Below are positions 39,453-53,287 of a stretch of DNA of 64,000 nucleotides, piece after piece. The stretch spans positions 46,190,001 to 46,254,000 of the forward strand of contig NC_043003.1 in assembly GCF_006345805.1 (NCBI RefSeq). Reading direction: 5' to 3'. Origin of the DNA: Octopus sinensis. Its lineage: Eukaryota. Position 1 is the stretch's first letter. Each line of letters opens with the position of its first letter. The notes under the pieces are model-generated. The model was not told where the DNA came from and made no database searches. It saw only the letters and a list, made by a program, of their open reading frames with translations. The position numbers and the translations under genes were made by a program.

Positions 39453-39860
39453 CTCTTTACTCTTTTACTCTTTTACTTGTTTCAGTCATTTGACTGCGGC
39501 CATGCTGGAGCACCGCCTTTAGTCGATCAAATCGACCCCGGAACTTGTTCTTTGTAAGCCCGGTACTTATTCTATCGGTCTCTTTTGCCGAACCGCTAAG
39601 TGGCGGGGACGTAGACACACCAGCATCGGTTGTCAAGCAATGCTAGGGGGACAAACACAGACACACAAACACACACACATATACATATATATACATATAT
39701 ACGACAGGCTTCTTTCAGTTTCCGTCTACCAAATCCACTCCCAAGGCATTGGTCGGCCCGGGGCTATAGCAGAAGACATTTGCCCAAGATGCCACGCAGT
39801 GGGACTGAACCCGCAACCATGTGGTTGGTTAGCAAGCTACTTACCACACAGCCACTCCTG
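39453..39860 (-). mobile_element. SINE family A
   Basis: Full copy; partial or degraded copies flank it at about 39305-39440 (-) and 39955-40130 (+). Confidence 0.88.
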
Positions 39861-40157
39861 CGCCTATATATATATAGGTTACGCGCGCGCGTATGCGTGT
39901 GTGTGTGTGTATGTCTATATAAATATAACCGCAAATAAATACGGAGATATTGAGGCATGCGTAGTTGTCTGGTAAGATGTGTGCTTCGAGACGACATCGA
40001 TCGGGGTTCCCACTGCGTGGCATTTTATATAAGCACTTTCTACTGTAGCCCCAGGCCGCCTCAAGCCTTACAGATGGACGTCGCCGAAGGAAATTGAAAA
40101 ACAACCCGACATGTGTGTGTGTTTGTGTGTGTGTGTGATTTATCAGGGAGACGGATG

Positions 40158-40350
40158 ATGGAAGTTATGAGAAACTTTATTGATCAGTTCAATCGTTTAG
40201 ACCCGGCTAGCATCGATCTCTCGTGGCTAGGATACTGTACAATTGTTTAACTATATTTAGCCTGGTTATACAGTATCCTACCCGCGAGAGATCAATGCTT
40301 GAAGAGTCGAAACGATTTTAGCGACCAATAACGATTCTCGTATCTTCCAT
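40158..40350. repeat. Foldback/MITE-like palindrome, 85-bp arms
   Basis: 40158-40242 is the reverse complement of 40266-40350; inner 34 bp has 4 differences. Confidence 0.8.
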
Positions 40351-40452
40351 ATTCTGTGTTCACGTTAATTACATACTCAACCAACATTAAACCAGTGAAC
40401 ATGCTTTACCGGCAAACTACCAGGTGTATATCATACGATGTATTAAATACTG

Positions 40453-40502
<50 letters not shown>

Positions 40503-40531
40503 AACATACACACCCATACATACATATATAT

Positions 40532-40765
40532 AGTGGTTAGGGCAGCGGACTCAGGTCGGAGGATCGCGGGTGCGATTCCCACCGGGCGTTGTGTGTGTTT
40601 ATTGCTTAAAAGCTCCACGAGGCTCCGGCAAGGGATGGTGGGGACACTTGTTGTACTCTTTCGTCACAACTTTATCCCTTATTGAGTAACACTGCGATGG
40701 ACTGGCGTCCCGTCCAGCTAGTAAACCGGGCCCATGAGCCTGGCTTGGCTTGAAAGGGGGCGACG
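40532..40765 (+). mobile_element. SINE family D with tail 3
   Basis: gtggttagggcagcggactc head; gcgatggactggcgtcccgtccagct tail. Confidence 0.75.
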
Positions 40766-41714
40766 ATTATCGTTTATAGATGCACACTACATTTTATTCA
40801 GAAAATACCAACTTCATTGAAATAGATTCTGCGGAAGCTCTATTTACAAAGTATTTACATAAAAATCACTAGAATTTATTCCATCTCTTTCCAATGTGAA
40901 ATTCACAACATGCGATGGCTGATTTTGAACACAGTTGCTATACCAACGAAACTAAATATAGTTAAACATAAAACTAATTACAAAAATATGAACAATACAT
41001 TATGTATGCGATATATAATTGTACAGGAAGTAAAACGTCATGTATCAAACTTGTATCAGAAATAATCTCAGAATTTTTTTTCTTCGTACAACATACTTCT
41101 CGCAAACCTTTTGACGCCATTATCAGACATCTAAAAGAACAATGGAGATTTAACTAGCAATTAAGGTTCATACAAGAATTTTTAATGGTTTATGAAAGAA
41201 GCTCAAATATTTCTTATGTTATCTCTTGTATCTACTCAGCTGTGGGAGTAGCAGCAATAAGTGGTTATTATATGTTGTTCCATATACGCAGAGAATGAAG
41301 GAGAAAGAGAGAGAAAGAGAGTGTATATGTGTGCGTGTGTGTGTGTGTGTATGTATAGGGAGAGAAAGAGACAGAGAGAAAGTGAGAGAGAAAGAGAGAA
41401 CCATATACAAATATATACACATACATAAATAAACATATACATACACAAACACACATATATGTATATATGTGTATACATATATATGCATATATATATATGT
41501 TTATCTATGTATATATGTGTGTGTGTGTATGTGTGCGTGTGTATTTGCATGTATGTATATATATATATAACCATTAACGAATGCCTGATGTATATATATA
41601 TATATATAAATTCTTATACATATATAAGTATACATAAATATACATTTGCACAGACACATATCCACGTATAGCTGTTAACGTATGCCTGAAGCATATGTAT
41701 ATGTACATATGTGC

Positions 41715-41745
<31 letters not shown>

Positions 41746-42133
41746 AGTGTGTGGAGATGTATGTGTTTGAGTGTGTTTGCCTGTATGTGTGTGTGTTTCT
41801 ATGTGTATGCGTTTCTCTGTGTATGCGCACGCGCGTGTGTGTTTGTCTGTCCTTATGAGAAAGTGAGAGAGATGCGGGCGAAGTGTAATCACAGTTGCTA
41901 GGTACCTCAATTTATCTAAGAATGAGAGGAGGCAAGATTTATTGTAGGAATTGAACGCATCATTGTCTCCCAGTGACCAGAGGTTTCATCCCAAGCTGGG
42001 ATTCTTCCGACTTTTGAGATGGCAGGTTCTTCTTTTTTATGATGTGCTAAGAATTTATTAATGCTCATTGTGTATATTGTGTTTGCATGAGTGCCTATGT
42101 TATTTTTGGTAAATGTAGATTGTTTTAAATCAT

Positions 42134-42540
42134 AGGAGTGGGTGTGTGATAAGTAGCTTGCTTACGTACCACATGGTTCCAGGTTCAGTCCAACTGTGTG
42201 GAACCTTGCGCAAGTATCTTCTACTATAGCCTCGGGCTGACCAAACTTTGTGAGTGGATTTGGTAGACGGAAACTGAAAGAAGCCCGTCATATATATCTA
42301 TGTGTGTATATGTTTGTGTGTCTGTGCCCCCCCCCCACCAACATCGCTTGACAACCGATATTGGTGTGTTTACGTCACCGTAACTTAGCGGTTAGGTAAA
42401 AGAGACAAATAGAATAAGTACTAGGCTTACAAAGAATAAGTCACGGGGTCGATTTGCTCGACTAAAGGCGGTGCTCCAGCATGGCCACAGTCACATGAGT
42501 GAAACAAATAAAAGAGTAAATGAGTAAAGGAGTAAAGAGT
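42134..42540 (+). mobile_element. SINE family A (tRNA head, CORE-like ccttgggcaagtg, internal microsatellite, CR1-type tail)
   Basis: Complete architecture ending ggcggtgctccagcatggccacag..gaaacaa-(taaaagag)n. Confidence 0.88.
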
Positions 42541-42830
42541 ATTAAGGACATAATCTACCACAATTAAGTTTTATGTTGAGAAACATAGCCAAGTAGACAG
42601 GAAACGTTTCGGCACAGCAGGTTTGGCGGCGCCTATTCGCCGTCGCTTATTCGATGCTGACGACTTATTTGATATCAGGTGTTTTAATCCTTGTCTTGTT
42701 CTCTTCCCTTCCTTCTCTCTCTCTCGCTCTCTCTTTCTCTCTCCCTCTCTTTCTCTGTGTTTCTGTGTGTGCGGTTGTGTATGTGTATGTTCACGTATGT
42801 GAAATTATTCTAATATTTCTTTTTATGCTA

Positions 42831-43230
42831 GGCGGCGAGCTGCCAGAAACGTTAGCACGCCGGGCGAAATGCGTAGCTGTATTTCGTCTGCCACTACGTT
42901 CTGAGTTCAAATTCCGCCGAGGTCGACTCTGCCTTTCATCCTTTCGGTGTCGATTAAATAAATACCTGTCACGCACTGGGGTCGATATGATCGACTTGAT
43001 CCGTTTGTCTATCCTGGTTTGTCCTCTCTGTGTTTAGCCCCTTGTGGGTAGTAAAGAAATAGGTATATCGTCTGTCTTTACGTTCCGAATTCAAATTCTG
43101 CCGAGGTCGACTTTGCCTTTCATCCTTCGGGGTCGATAAATTAAGTACCAGTTGCGTACTGAAGTCGATCTAATCGACTGGCTCCCTCCCCAAACATTTC
43201 GGGCTTTGTGCCTAGAGTACGAAAGATTAC
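42831..43230 (+). mobile_element. SINE family B dimer
   Basis: Headed unit followed by a headless unit starting ggtatatcgtctg at about 43062. Confidence 0.88.
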
Positions 43231-44174
43231 TTCTTTTTATGCGTATGAACGGAGAGAACGTACATATATTAGTCGGGTTTAATTAATAAATTTACTGCTT
43301 CTCTTTCCGCACCACCATCCCGCACGTTCTCTGTTTGTATGTACATATTTCTGTTTACGTGTATGTATCTGTATATGCTTTCAGTACTAAAACATACCGT
43401 CGGCAAAACAGATTCATTGCCCAGTCAACCGCGCCAAATAAATAGCGCCCCAAAAGCCGCGCCCCGTTATGTCATCCCTTAGCCAAATTACGCATGAAAA
43501 GTTAATTTGGCTTCGAATAAGAATGTGAGAGAGAAAAAAATTCCTTTATGGAAGATTTAATAAAAAAGTGTAACTAAAAAGAAAACAGCTGGTAGCGATT
43601 CAATAGTTGTTTCAAGGTAAATCATATATCTTTGCCTGTTGTGTAGCAATGTAGTAGATTGATCAGTGAAGGTGTTTTTTTTTTTTTTTTTTTGTTCTTT
43701 TACCTCCCAATTTTTGCTCATTGAAATAGCAATTAACTTGTGCCGATAGAATGATGAATTTTGTGCTAACAATGAAGCTAGAATAGTGGATTTCTAAATG
43801 TCGTTTTGCATCTACCACATATCATACTTCTATCACACATTATACAAAAGAAACCTTATGAAAATATTCAATATAAAGAACCACACATCATTCACACAAC
43901 GAAACTACACGACCAAAAAGCTTCCCTGAACTATTACATGACTCTCGAAACTACAACACATCGAAGTATATTTCTCGTTCTTGGAAAACTGTAGTTATAT
44001 ATATAACAGCATATGCGTGTTTCTTTGTGTGTTTGTGTTTGTGTATGTGTGTTTCTGTGTTCGCGTGTGTGTCTGTGTTCGAGTGTGTGGTTTATGTCTA
44101 TACACATATATACTCATGTACATATGTATTTGTATGTATATACGTCGTCTCTGCTTACCGTATTATTATTATTA

Positions 44175-44237
<63 letters not shown>

Positions 44238-45029
44238 CATCATCATCATCATCATCATCGTCATATAGTTATACATAGACAAATTATATTGTTATATATT
44301 TACGAATTATATCAACTAAAGAATTATACGCCTTCATTTGTACGCACAAGTACATAATAAACACAAGAGACTACTCACATACAGTTACATAAATAGACTC
44401 ATACACACACATATACACACACACACACAGAGTCAAATACGAGTCATATATGTGTATATATATTCCACAGCTAACACTACACATGACAGCCAATCAATCT
44501 ACGCGCTACCATTTACATTCCCACACCGTCATTATCTTTGAAAATTTCGATTTCCAGTCAAGACTGAAAGTTTGTTTCTGTTTTCTATTTAACAATTCCC
44601 ACTCCAGTAATCACTTTAGCTCAGCACTAAAGATTTGAAGCCGCAAATGTTAAGTTTCTCACATCGCTTCAAATGGTATTTCTAATTCATATTGCGTCCG
44701 AGACGACTTGACAATACGTCCCACCAGTGAGATATTATAATACCAGTTATACACTTCAATATTCTCCACAAGCAGTAGTTTGTTAAATATATGCATTATG
44801 TAGAGATTGTTTTTTGTTTGCTTTTGTATTTGTTTCCGTTTCTGTCTGTCCATTAACTACGATGGCAACATTCAGTGACAATATTAACGCTTTTGCAACC
44901 TAGCTGTCTAAATTATATTACTGCCTATGGAACCTGATAGAAATTCGTTTGCAATCAGACGCACACATCCATGCACAGGCACACACACACATACACAAAC
45001 ACATATTTATGCATTTGGCTGTCTCTTGG

Positions 45030-45470
45030 CAACGGTGGAAGCATTTACTGATTGTACATCCCAGTCCATGACATAAAGTTCCAGTCTCAGAGTAGATTTA
45101 TAAGTATTTGGTTGGAGAAGGGAGATGGAACTGCGAGTATACCTACTTTTTCACTTCTAGTAGCAATGACGCCTGTGGCTCTGCCCCGTGTCCTGAAAAC
45201 CGCTGCAAATGTCAGACCTCCAAGATGACTAGCGCCCTGCGATATTCTCGACTTCGGCGAAATTTATGGTACTTCTCTTTAAAAAGAGTCATCAGTTGAT
45301 CTTTGAACCACCTTTATGGACTTCCAGCCTGGTGTTAGCCATGGTATACCTGGCTAAAGAAGATATTTATTCCTGATGAAGGCATGTTGCCTTCTGATGT
45401 TCAAAAGTTTTCCGTCAAGGGAAAATGTAATTGTGGGTCCTGGTCCTCTCGCGTTTACCATTTGTATGTT
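45030..45470 (-). mobile_element. Highly decayed RTE-like LINE 3' fragment
   Basis: Minus-strand remnants RMP..IFFSQVYHG..GSP*RWFKDQL; weak by-eye similarity only. Confidence 0.4.
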
Positions 45471-46272
45471 AAACTGTGTGATCAGACAAATGAGTAAGTT
45501 TAAAACGGTACAACAATCAGCACATTGCATCACCTAACTAATGATTTTACGTGAAAGTACTCAAATTTCTGCCTTTCGATAACAACGAGAGTAGATATTC
45601 ATACTTAGAAGTGGCGGAGTTTGAAGAGGCAACCAAATTTCATGAGAATACTGCACAGTCCACAGTTTCAAGTGCCTTTGACAGATTCAAAACTACATTG
45701 ATCGCATACTAAACCTCTGCTGTTGGTACTCTTGGGTGATATCTTCTAGTTTTTTAGCAGTCTTATGTAGATTTGTTTACTTGAAATATTAGGAGCCAGA
45801 AAAAGTTATATTTTGTATGATCAATAGATTTTCCTTTAGGCGCATTTTCCTGCTATGCATAAGATATAACGCTACTTGCGTGATGTCATCTTTCTGGTAT
45901 ACATAATTTCTTTTCTTGTCGTTATGTAAATCGTTAATTTTTGCAATTTATTCCATCTATATCAAAATTTATCATTAAATTACTTCTCTCAAGTATAATT
46001 GTGATAATATTTCAATATAACATTATCTGCGGTTGAGCAAGTACATCGCAGAGACGAAGTATTACTAGACTCATATATAAAAATATGTGCTTTTGTGTGT
46101 GTGTGTATATATGTATGTGTGTATGTATATATATATATATATACATGTATGTATATCTATGTGTGTTTATATATACTTAACTTAACTTAACTTATATATA
46201 TATATATATATATAAACTATGTATAGTTCCTTTATGTATCTGGTTTGCAAGATTATTTATGTCTACTTTAAT

Positions 46273-46656
46273 AGCCTTCACGTTCCCCAGACTTGGCTAG
46301 CCTGGATTTTTTTTTTTATGGGGATACCTGAAAAAGATGGTTTACGTCAACAAACCGGAGACCTTGGTGCAACTGAAGGAGAACATCAGTAGAGAAATCA
46401 GAGAAATGGGATCTAAAACTCTTGAAGGTGTTATGGTGCAAGTTTTAGAAAGAGTATGGGCGTGCGAAGCCGAAAATAGCTGCCATATAAGCGATTTTAT
46501 TTTTCATATGTGATGTAGTGATGTTGCAAAATCTGACTTGTACGTGTTAATTTTTATTATGTCCTTTATATTGTATCAAAATTTCATGCATATATTTATA
46601 AAGTTAAGGAAAGTTATTAAAAATTGAAATCCATCAGTTACTTTTGGGATACCCTG
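46273..46656 (+). mobile_element. Tc1/mariner transposon 3' fragment with right TIR
   Basis: RSPDLASLDFFFxWGYLKKMVYVNKPETLVQLKENI..R..CEAENSCH; terminus ...cttttgggataccctg (reverse complement CAGGGTATCCCAAAAG). Confidence 0.85.
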
Positions 46657-46711
46657 AATATATATATATATATATATACAGAGAGAGGGAGAGAGGGGGG
46701 ATAACGTGTAA

Positions 46712-47020
46712 AGACCACTTCGGTCACGAATGACTATGGGATTGCACGTAGAAAGCTGCCCTGCGAGGCACAAGTCCGGGCAAGGTCGTTTATGGAAGAC
46801 CAGCAGTCGCCAATGCATATCAGCCTCCTCACCGCTGCACACCAACAATGTCATCCATGGGAAAGGCAAAGGCCGATACAGCTTGGCTGCCAGTGACGTC
46901 ATAACCGAATTTTAGAGCTGACTCACCTAGAGCAACATGAAATAAAGTTTCTTGCTGAAGAACACAACACACAACTTTACAATAGTAAGTTCGACGCTCT
47001 AACCATGCGCCATGCGGCTT
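46712..47020 (-). mobile_element. SINE family C
   Basis: Aligns by eye to 30673-30932; retains a head remnant. Confidence 0.8.
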
Positions 47021-47883
47021 CGATACTTTTACATATATATATACATATATACACGTGTTTGTGTGTGTTGGTATGAGAGAGTGCATGCATGTGTAAATAC
47101 ATATATACTGAACCGGTGAATTACCAGAATTGTTAGAAGGTCGGACAGAATACTTCCTGCTTTGAGTTTTGCAAAAGTTTGGGGCAGATTTCCGGTTTTA
47201 TGTTATCATTTTGCTAACTGCTTCCCTCGGATGCTCTGTAACATATGATGGATACAGCTTTCTGTACTGATTAAGCGATGAAAATACTATACATATATAC
47301 AACTATACAGAGTTATATTTGCACAGTTATTTCCCTTACAAAACAGATCTCCTCTCGTCGGCATGACATTTTACAGGAGTGACTTTACTTAATAAATTAC
47401 TTCTGTACACTGTAAATCATCTTCTCGTACGAAAGGCCCCTGTTTGATAAGAACGGTTTATTCATCGATTTATATTGACTAACAGTAGCAACGCCTCGTT
47501 TTATACGCTGCAAATTAGAGAGCTCTTAGTTGACCATAGGTTGGAAGTATGTGTTTCTATTAGATAGAGTGAAATGAAGGGTAGTCAAACAAGGGTATTG
47601 TGTACGAATCAGAGAAACAAACATTAAGCTTTCAATAAGGAATAGCTTAACAAAATGCGCTATTGTGAAAGTTCGTCACTGAAAACACAGACACAGGCAT
47701 GCACACACACAAACACACGTACACAGTCACAGACACACACGCACGCACGCACGTGTGCCAGAGTCCGTGTCTGAGTACATTATTTGTTTCCTATGTAAAT
47801 ATGCATAATCTACTCATATATACGGTGCCATACAATCACGTATATAGCCATGTATATGCACACACACAAACATATATACATAC

Positions 47884-47943
<60 letters not shown>

Positions 47944-47969
47944 CATACATACATATATATATAACATAC

Positions 47970-48006
<37 letters not shown>

Positions 48007-48146
48007 CATACAGACATATATATACATACATATAATATACATACATATATATACATATATACATACATATATACATACATATATATAAATACATACATAT
48101 ATATATACATACATATATATCCTTAAATCCTTAAAAAAATTTTAGC

Positions 48147-49169
48147 CCGAAGGCACCACCGCTGAATAAGCTACACTAATATGTGAATCCACCTCTGATA
48201 CGTGGCACTTGATCAACAAGGGAGTTCGATGCTGCTGCCCGCATCTGCGTCTCCTGTCGTGAGGTAGGTTCATCTAGAACTCCCGACAAGAAGAGATCCA
48301 GTTTAGTTTTAAAGAAACCCACATCCACACCATGTAAGTCTCTTAAGCATTTAGGGAGGATGTTAAAGAGCCGCCCCGTTCTACGGTTGGGGTAACTTTG
48401 AATGCCAAAGTTTGGGACAAGACCCTCCAGGATTTTCCAGATGTATATCACCGCATATCTCTCCCGCCTCCGCTCTAGGGAGAAGAGGTTTAATACTTTC
48501 AGTCTTTCCCAGTAGTTGATATTTTGCATTGAGACGATATTATTTGTGTAGCTTCTCTGAATTGCTTTGAGTTCTGCTGTTAGTTTTATATTGTGTGGTG
48601 ACCATAGTTGGGAGCAGTAGTCCAAGCGGCTGAGGACGAATGTTTTCCAGAGGACCATCAGTGTCTCCTTCTCTCTTGTTCTGAAAGTTCGGAGAATCCA
48701 TCCAGCTAGCCGTCTGCATTTTATCACCAGATTAGTAATATGCACTTGGAAAGATGCATCATTGCTCATGTCAATGCCTAGGTCACGCACTGATTTTGAC
48801 TCAGGGATTGCAATTCTTCTTGGGCCAGTGTATCCAGTCTGCACGTCGTTTACCTTTGTGTGCCGGTAGCGCAGGGCCTGGAACTTACCTGCATTAAACT
48901 GAATGTTGTTGTTCTCCGCCCACCTGTATATTTTATCCAACTCCTGTTGCAGATGCGCAATATTTTCAGGGTTTTGTATTGTGTGGGAGACTTTTGTGTC
49001 ATCTGCATAGCTAGCAAGGGTGGCCATCGTAGCAACTGAAGGCATGTCTGAAAGGGCCACTATGAACAGCAGTGGCCCCAAGACAGTGCCCTGTGGAACA
49101 CCGCTTGTTATTTGTGTTTCCTTGGAGGTGGCTCCATTGCTCACAACTGCCTGTCTTCTGTCTTTTAGG

Positions 49170-49171
<2 letters not shown>
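48147..49171 (-). mobile_element. CR1/L2-group LINE, 5'-truncated copy (RT C-terminal half)
   Basis: ORF 48176..49489 from LKDRRQAVV onward: [46 protein letters not shown]. The ORF's N-terminus is only microsatellite. Clearly related to the 6-9 kb copy. Confidence 0.93.
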
Positions 49172-49202
<31 letters not shown>

Positions 49203-49353
49203 CATACACATATATATATATACATACATATATATATATATATACATACATATATATATATATATACACATACATACATATATATATACATACATACATA
49301 TATATATATATACATACATACATATATATATACATATATATACATATATTTGT

Positions 49354-49420
<67 letters not shown>

Positions 49421-49437
49421 TGTGAGTGCGTTTGTAT

Positions 49438-49480
<43 letters not shown>

Positions 49481-50203
49481 CACACACACATATATATATG
49501 ACAGTGTATGTATGTATGTAAGTTTGTGTGTATGTATATCGGGGTACCCCTCTGTTTACACACCACTCATTTTACACAATGGTACTTTAGTATGACTTTG
49601 GTTTTGTTCGAATTATTTTCATTTTTCATTATTATTTGCCGTCTTCAGGAACACTACTGCATTGTTTCCGTTTTATATTTTCCTTCTCTTTTCGTTTTAC
49701 GTATATGTATGTTTGTATATACATACATGTATATATCTAAATATTTCTGTGTGTGGATGCATGCTCATATATATATATGTATGTCTCATGTGTATGTATA
49801 TATGTATGTGTGAGTATGTGAGTATACGCGTGCGTGTATATGAGTGTGTAAATATATGTATATGTGTTTGACTATGTGCCTGTGTGCGCACAACGGTCGT
49901 CTGTATATGTCCGTTTTGCATATTTTCCGCTACAAAAACATGTGTAAAGAAAGCAGAGTTTAAATTCCGGAACGGCAGCTTCCCACATTCAGCTCTTTGC
50001 TCTGTTGAAAAGAAAAAAAAACATACACACGTCATTAGTAGGTTCCCTCCCCACACCCTGTTTTTCTCTACCAGTCCACTGATCTATACATTCGACCAAA
50101 AAGACTATAAAATGAAACTAAGGCTCAGAAAAGTAGTCCCTATTTATTCGAATAAAGATATGTCTGCACACACGCACGAACGCAAGCAAACGCACGCACA
50201 TAC

Positions 50204-50586
50204 ATGGAAGCACTCCGTCGGTTACGACGACGAGGGTTCCGGTTGATCCGATCAACGGAACAGCCTGCTCGTGAAATTAACGTGTAAGTGGCTGAGCACT
50301 CCACAGACACGTGTACCCTTAACGTAGTTCTAGGGGATATTCAGCGTGACACAGAGAGTGACAAGGCCGGCCCTTTGAAATACATGTACAACAGAAACAG
50401 GAAGTAAGAGTGAGAGAAAGTTGTGGTGAAAGAGTACAGCAGGGATCACCACCATCCCCTGCCGGAGCATCGTGGAGCTTTAGGTGTTTTCGCTCAATAA
50501 ACACTCACAACGCCCGGTCTGGGAATCGAAACCGCGATCCCACGACCGCGAGTCCGCTGCCCTGACCACTGGGCCATTGCACCTCC
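50204..50586 (-). mobile_element. SINE family D, full length
   Basis: Near-identical to 14206-14583 over its whole length. Confidence 0.9.
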
Positions 50587-50842
50587 ACACGCACATGATG
50601 TACATACATCGTATCAAACCTAAATATACATAAATCGTAACTGAGATTTACAGTTGCCTTATTTTAAACGTTTGAACAATTACTAAGCACAAAGTATCGA
50701 TTCAAGAACCTTCATCAACTAATAAACTATATACAACTAGAAAAGAAAGTAATATTTCAAACGCAGCATAGCCGTGAAAACAGTAGAAAGATTGGGTATT
50801 ATTATGCTTATAAGATAGAGAAAAAAAAGTATTATCAACAGA

Positions 50843-50910
50843 CAGCTACGCGACTCGAACCAGCAACTCTTGGATGCTGACCGAGTGCGCTACCATTAAG
50901 CTGAACAGCC
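50843..50910 (-). pseudogene. Degenerate tRNA-like sequence (AGC loop); pseudo-tRNA or SINE head
   Basis: GGCTGTTCAGCTTAATGGTAGCGCACTCGGTCAGCATCCAAGAGTTGCTGGTTCGAGTC...; A and B boxes present but stems mismatched. Confidence 0.5.
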
Positions 50911-52280
50911 CACTAAGCAATAGTCTCCCTCAAATTAAGCGCTACATACACTTTTGGAATGCAAAAATACCCTAAGCGACGAATGTATATCGCATTATGC
51001 TGACAAGAAAATAATATGGCATTCTTTCGATTATAACTCGACAAAACCAAAATATTTCACTTTGGGTATTTCCGTGGAAGCAAATGACAGTTCGATTCTG
51101 TTTTCTGCTTGGAAATTTGTGGTTTTTACATACACACATGAAACAGGTAAGAACAAATATGCAAGGCTTTTTTTCTTTTTTCTTCAAGTTTAAAATGACA
51201 TATTTCTGGCAAAATTTCGTTATATCTATGCTCCACAACCCACGGAAATACCCAAAGTGGAATGTTTTGATTTTGCCAAGTTATATCGAAGGAATGCCAA
51301 TAGTATTTCAAACGCAGTATAGCCTTGAAAACAGCAGAAAGCTTACATTCTGTTTTATATATTTAATGCATAAATGTTCGCTGAGATTATGTGACCTTCT
51401 TATCTGGAGTCGGTTGCAATTCCTGGCAGAAATCTTTTACATCATGCCACGAAGCGAAGAGGATCACAACAAAGTAAGTATTTGTCCGCTATAATATTTT
51501 ATACCGCTCGTGAAGGGTACGTTAAACAGCGACAACACAAACAATAACATGCCTATTCATTCACAATACGTTCTAGCATATTCAAATGAGAATATCTGAT
51601 CGATGTTATTTTCCGCCTTCGGAGAACACCACCTGTCTTTAGGCAATTTCTATTCATAACAAAAGCGATGTAAAGGGTGTAAAGGGGACTTTGAGACGTC
51701 GCAGTGTTTCAACTTTATTTTGTTTCCTCAGTGAAAGCTAAATTGGACCAATGAATTCAACAAGAGTTCACAGTCATGTTCATAGAAATCAGCAAACAAA
51801 ATATTTACTGATGTGTACTGGTACCTGCCAAACCGATAATTCATAAACTGCACGCATGCACGAATGCAAATTATAGCGTATCTCTTCATTCTGCATCCGT
51901 TCTGGTAGTTTCGGATGTGAATATCTAACCGTTGTTGTTTTTCGACATGAGAGACTAAACTCTCTTTAGACGTGGTGTGTTTATAATATTCACGATTCAT
52001 TGATGTAAGGGGACTTTACCCCGAACCGATAAATTTAACAATAACACGACTCTTCTTGAAGGCAATCAGCGAACAAATTATTTGTTGATGCGTGCCACTG
52101 TACAGTCTAAATCTTACGCCGATCCTAATCATTTAATAACGCTTCATTGCTACTTGTACACAATTTTTACACTTCGACAGATGTTTGTTTTCTCTCATCG
52201 CATGACTCCTGACTTTTAAATTGCCACAATTGCATTTTTCAGAAAGTCACATGTTTAAAATATATTTTCATAAGCACTGG

Positions 52281-52477
52281 GATGGCTGTGTGATAAGAAG
52301 TTTGCATCCCAAATACATAGTTCCGGGTTTAGTTCCACTGTATGGTGCATTCACCAAATCTCTTATACTTTATCCTCCAGTTCTCCAAAAGGGTAGATTT
52401 GGAATTCGGAAACTGAAAGAGCGTGACGTGTACACACACACACACACACACACACATACACAAACACACACACACAT

Positions 52478-52522
<45 letters not shown>

Positions 52523-53225
52523 GTGTGTGTGTGTATATATAAATATATATATATATATGTATGTATATATGTATATATATATGTATATATGTATATATAT
52601 ATATATGTATATATGTATATATAAATATATATATATATTATATATATATATATCCATGTCCGTGGTCGGTACGGTACCCCACTGTTTGCACACCACTCAT
52701 TTTACACAGTTCTACTTTAGTATGAACTTGTTTTGTTCGTTGGAGTTATTTTCATTTTTCATTATTATTTGACGTCTACAGAAACACTACCTTATTGTTT
52801 CCGTTTTATATATATGTAAATATATATGTGTGTATGTCCGTGTGTGTGTATGAGTGTGTGTGTATGTGTGTGTGTGTGTGAGAGAGAGAAAGAGTGTGTA
52901 TTTTACGATAGTGACAACATGTCTACGTATATATGTGTGTGAGAGTATACGCGTGCGTGCATATGAGAGTAGATTTGGAAAACGGAAACTTGAAAGGCCT
53001 GTCATATATGTGTGTCTGTCTGTCTGTCTGTGTTTGTCCCTCACCACCACTTGACAAACGGTGTTGGTGTGTTTAAGTCCTCTAACTTAACGGTTCGGCA
53101 AAAGACTTAGAATAATTACAAGGCCTTACAAAATATAAGTACTGAGGTTGATTTGTTCGACTAAAATTCTCCAAGGTAGTGCCCTAGCATGGCCGGAGTC
53201 TGATGACTGAAACATGTAAGAGATA
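52281..53225 (+). mobile_element. SINE family A with a greatly expanded internal region
   Basis: Head at 52281, tail to 53225; interior of about 570 bp of microsatellite plus a non-simple block. Confidence 0.65.
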
Positions 53226-53287
53226 GAAGATAAAAATATATATATTGCTGTTACATTAATATTTTTATGCTTCCGTATCATTATAAT

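Noticed and set aside
45370-45395. CTGATGA followed by a gaaggca/tgccttc hairpin
   Set aside because: No GAAA core strand follows; it lies in a decayed LINE fragment.
50843-50910. Functional tRNA-Ala(AGC) gene
   Set aside because: Mismatched T and anticodon stems, C instead of U at position 33, and a poor acceptor stem.
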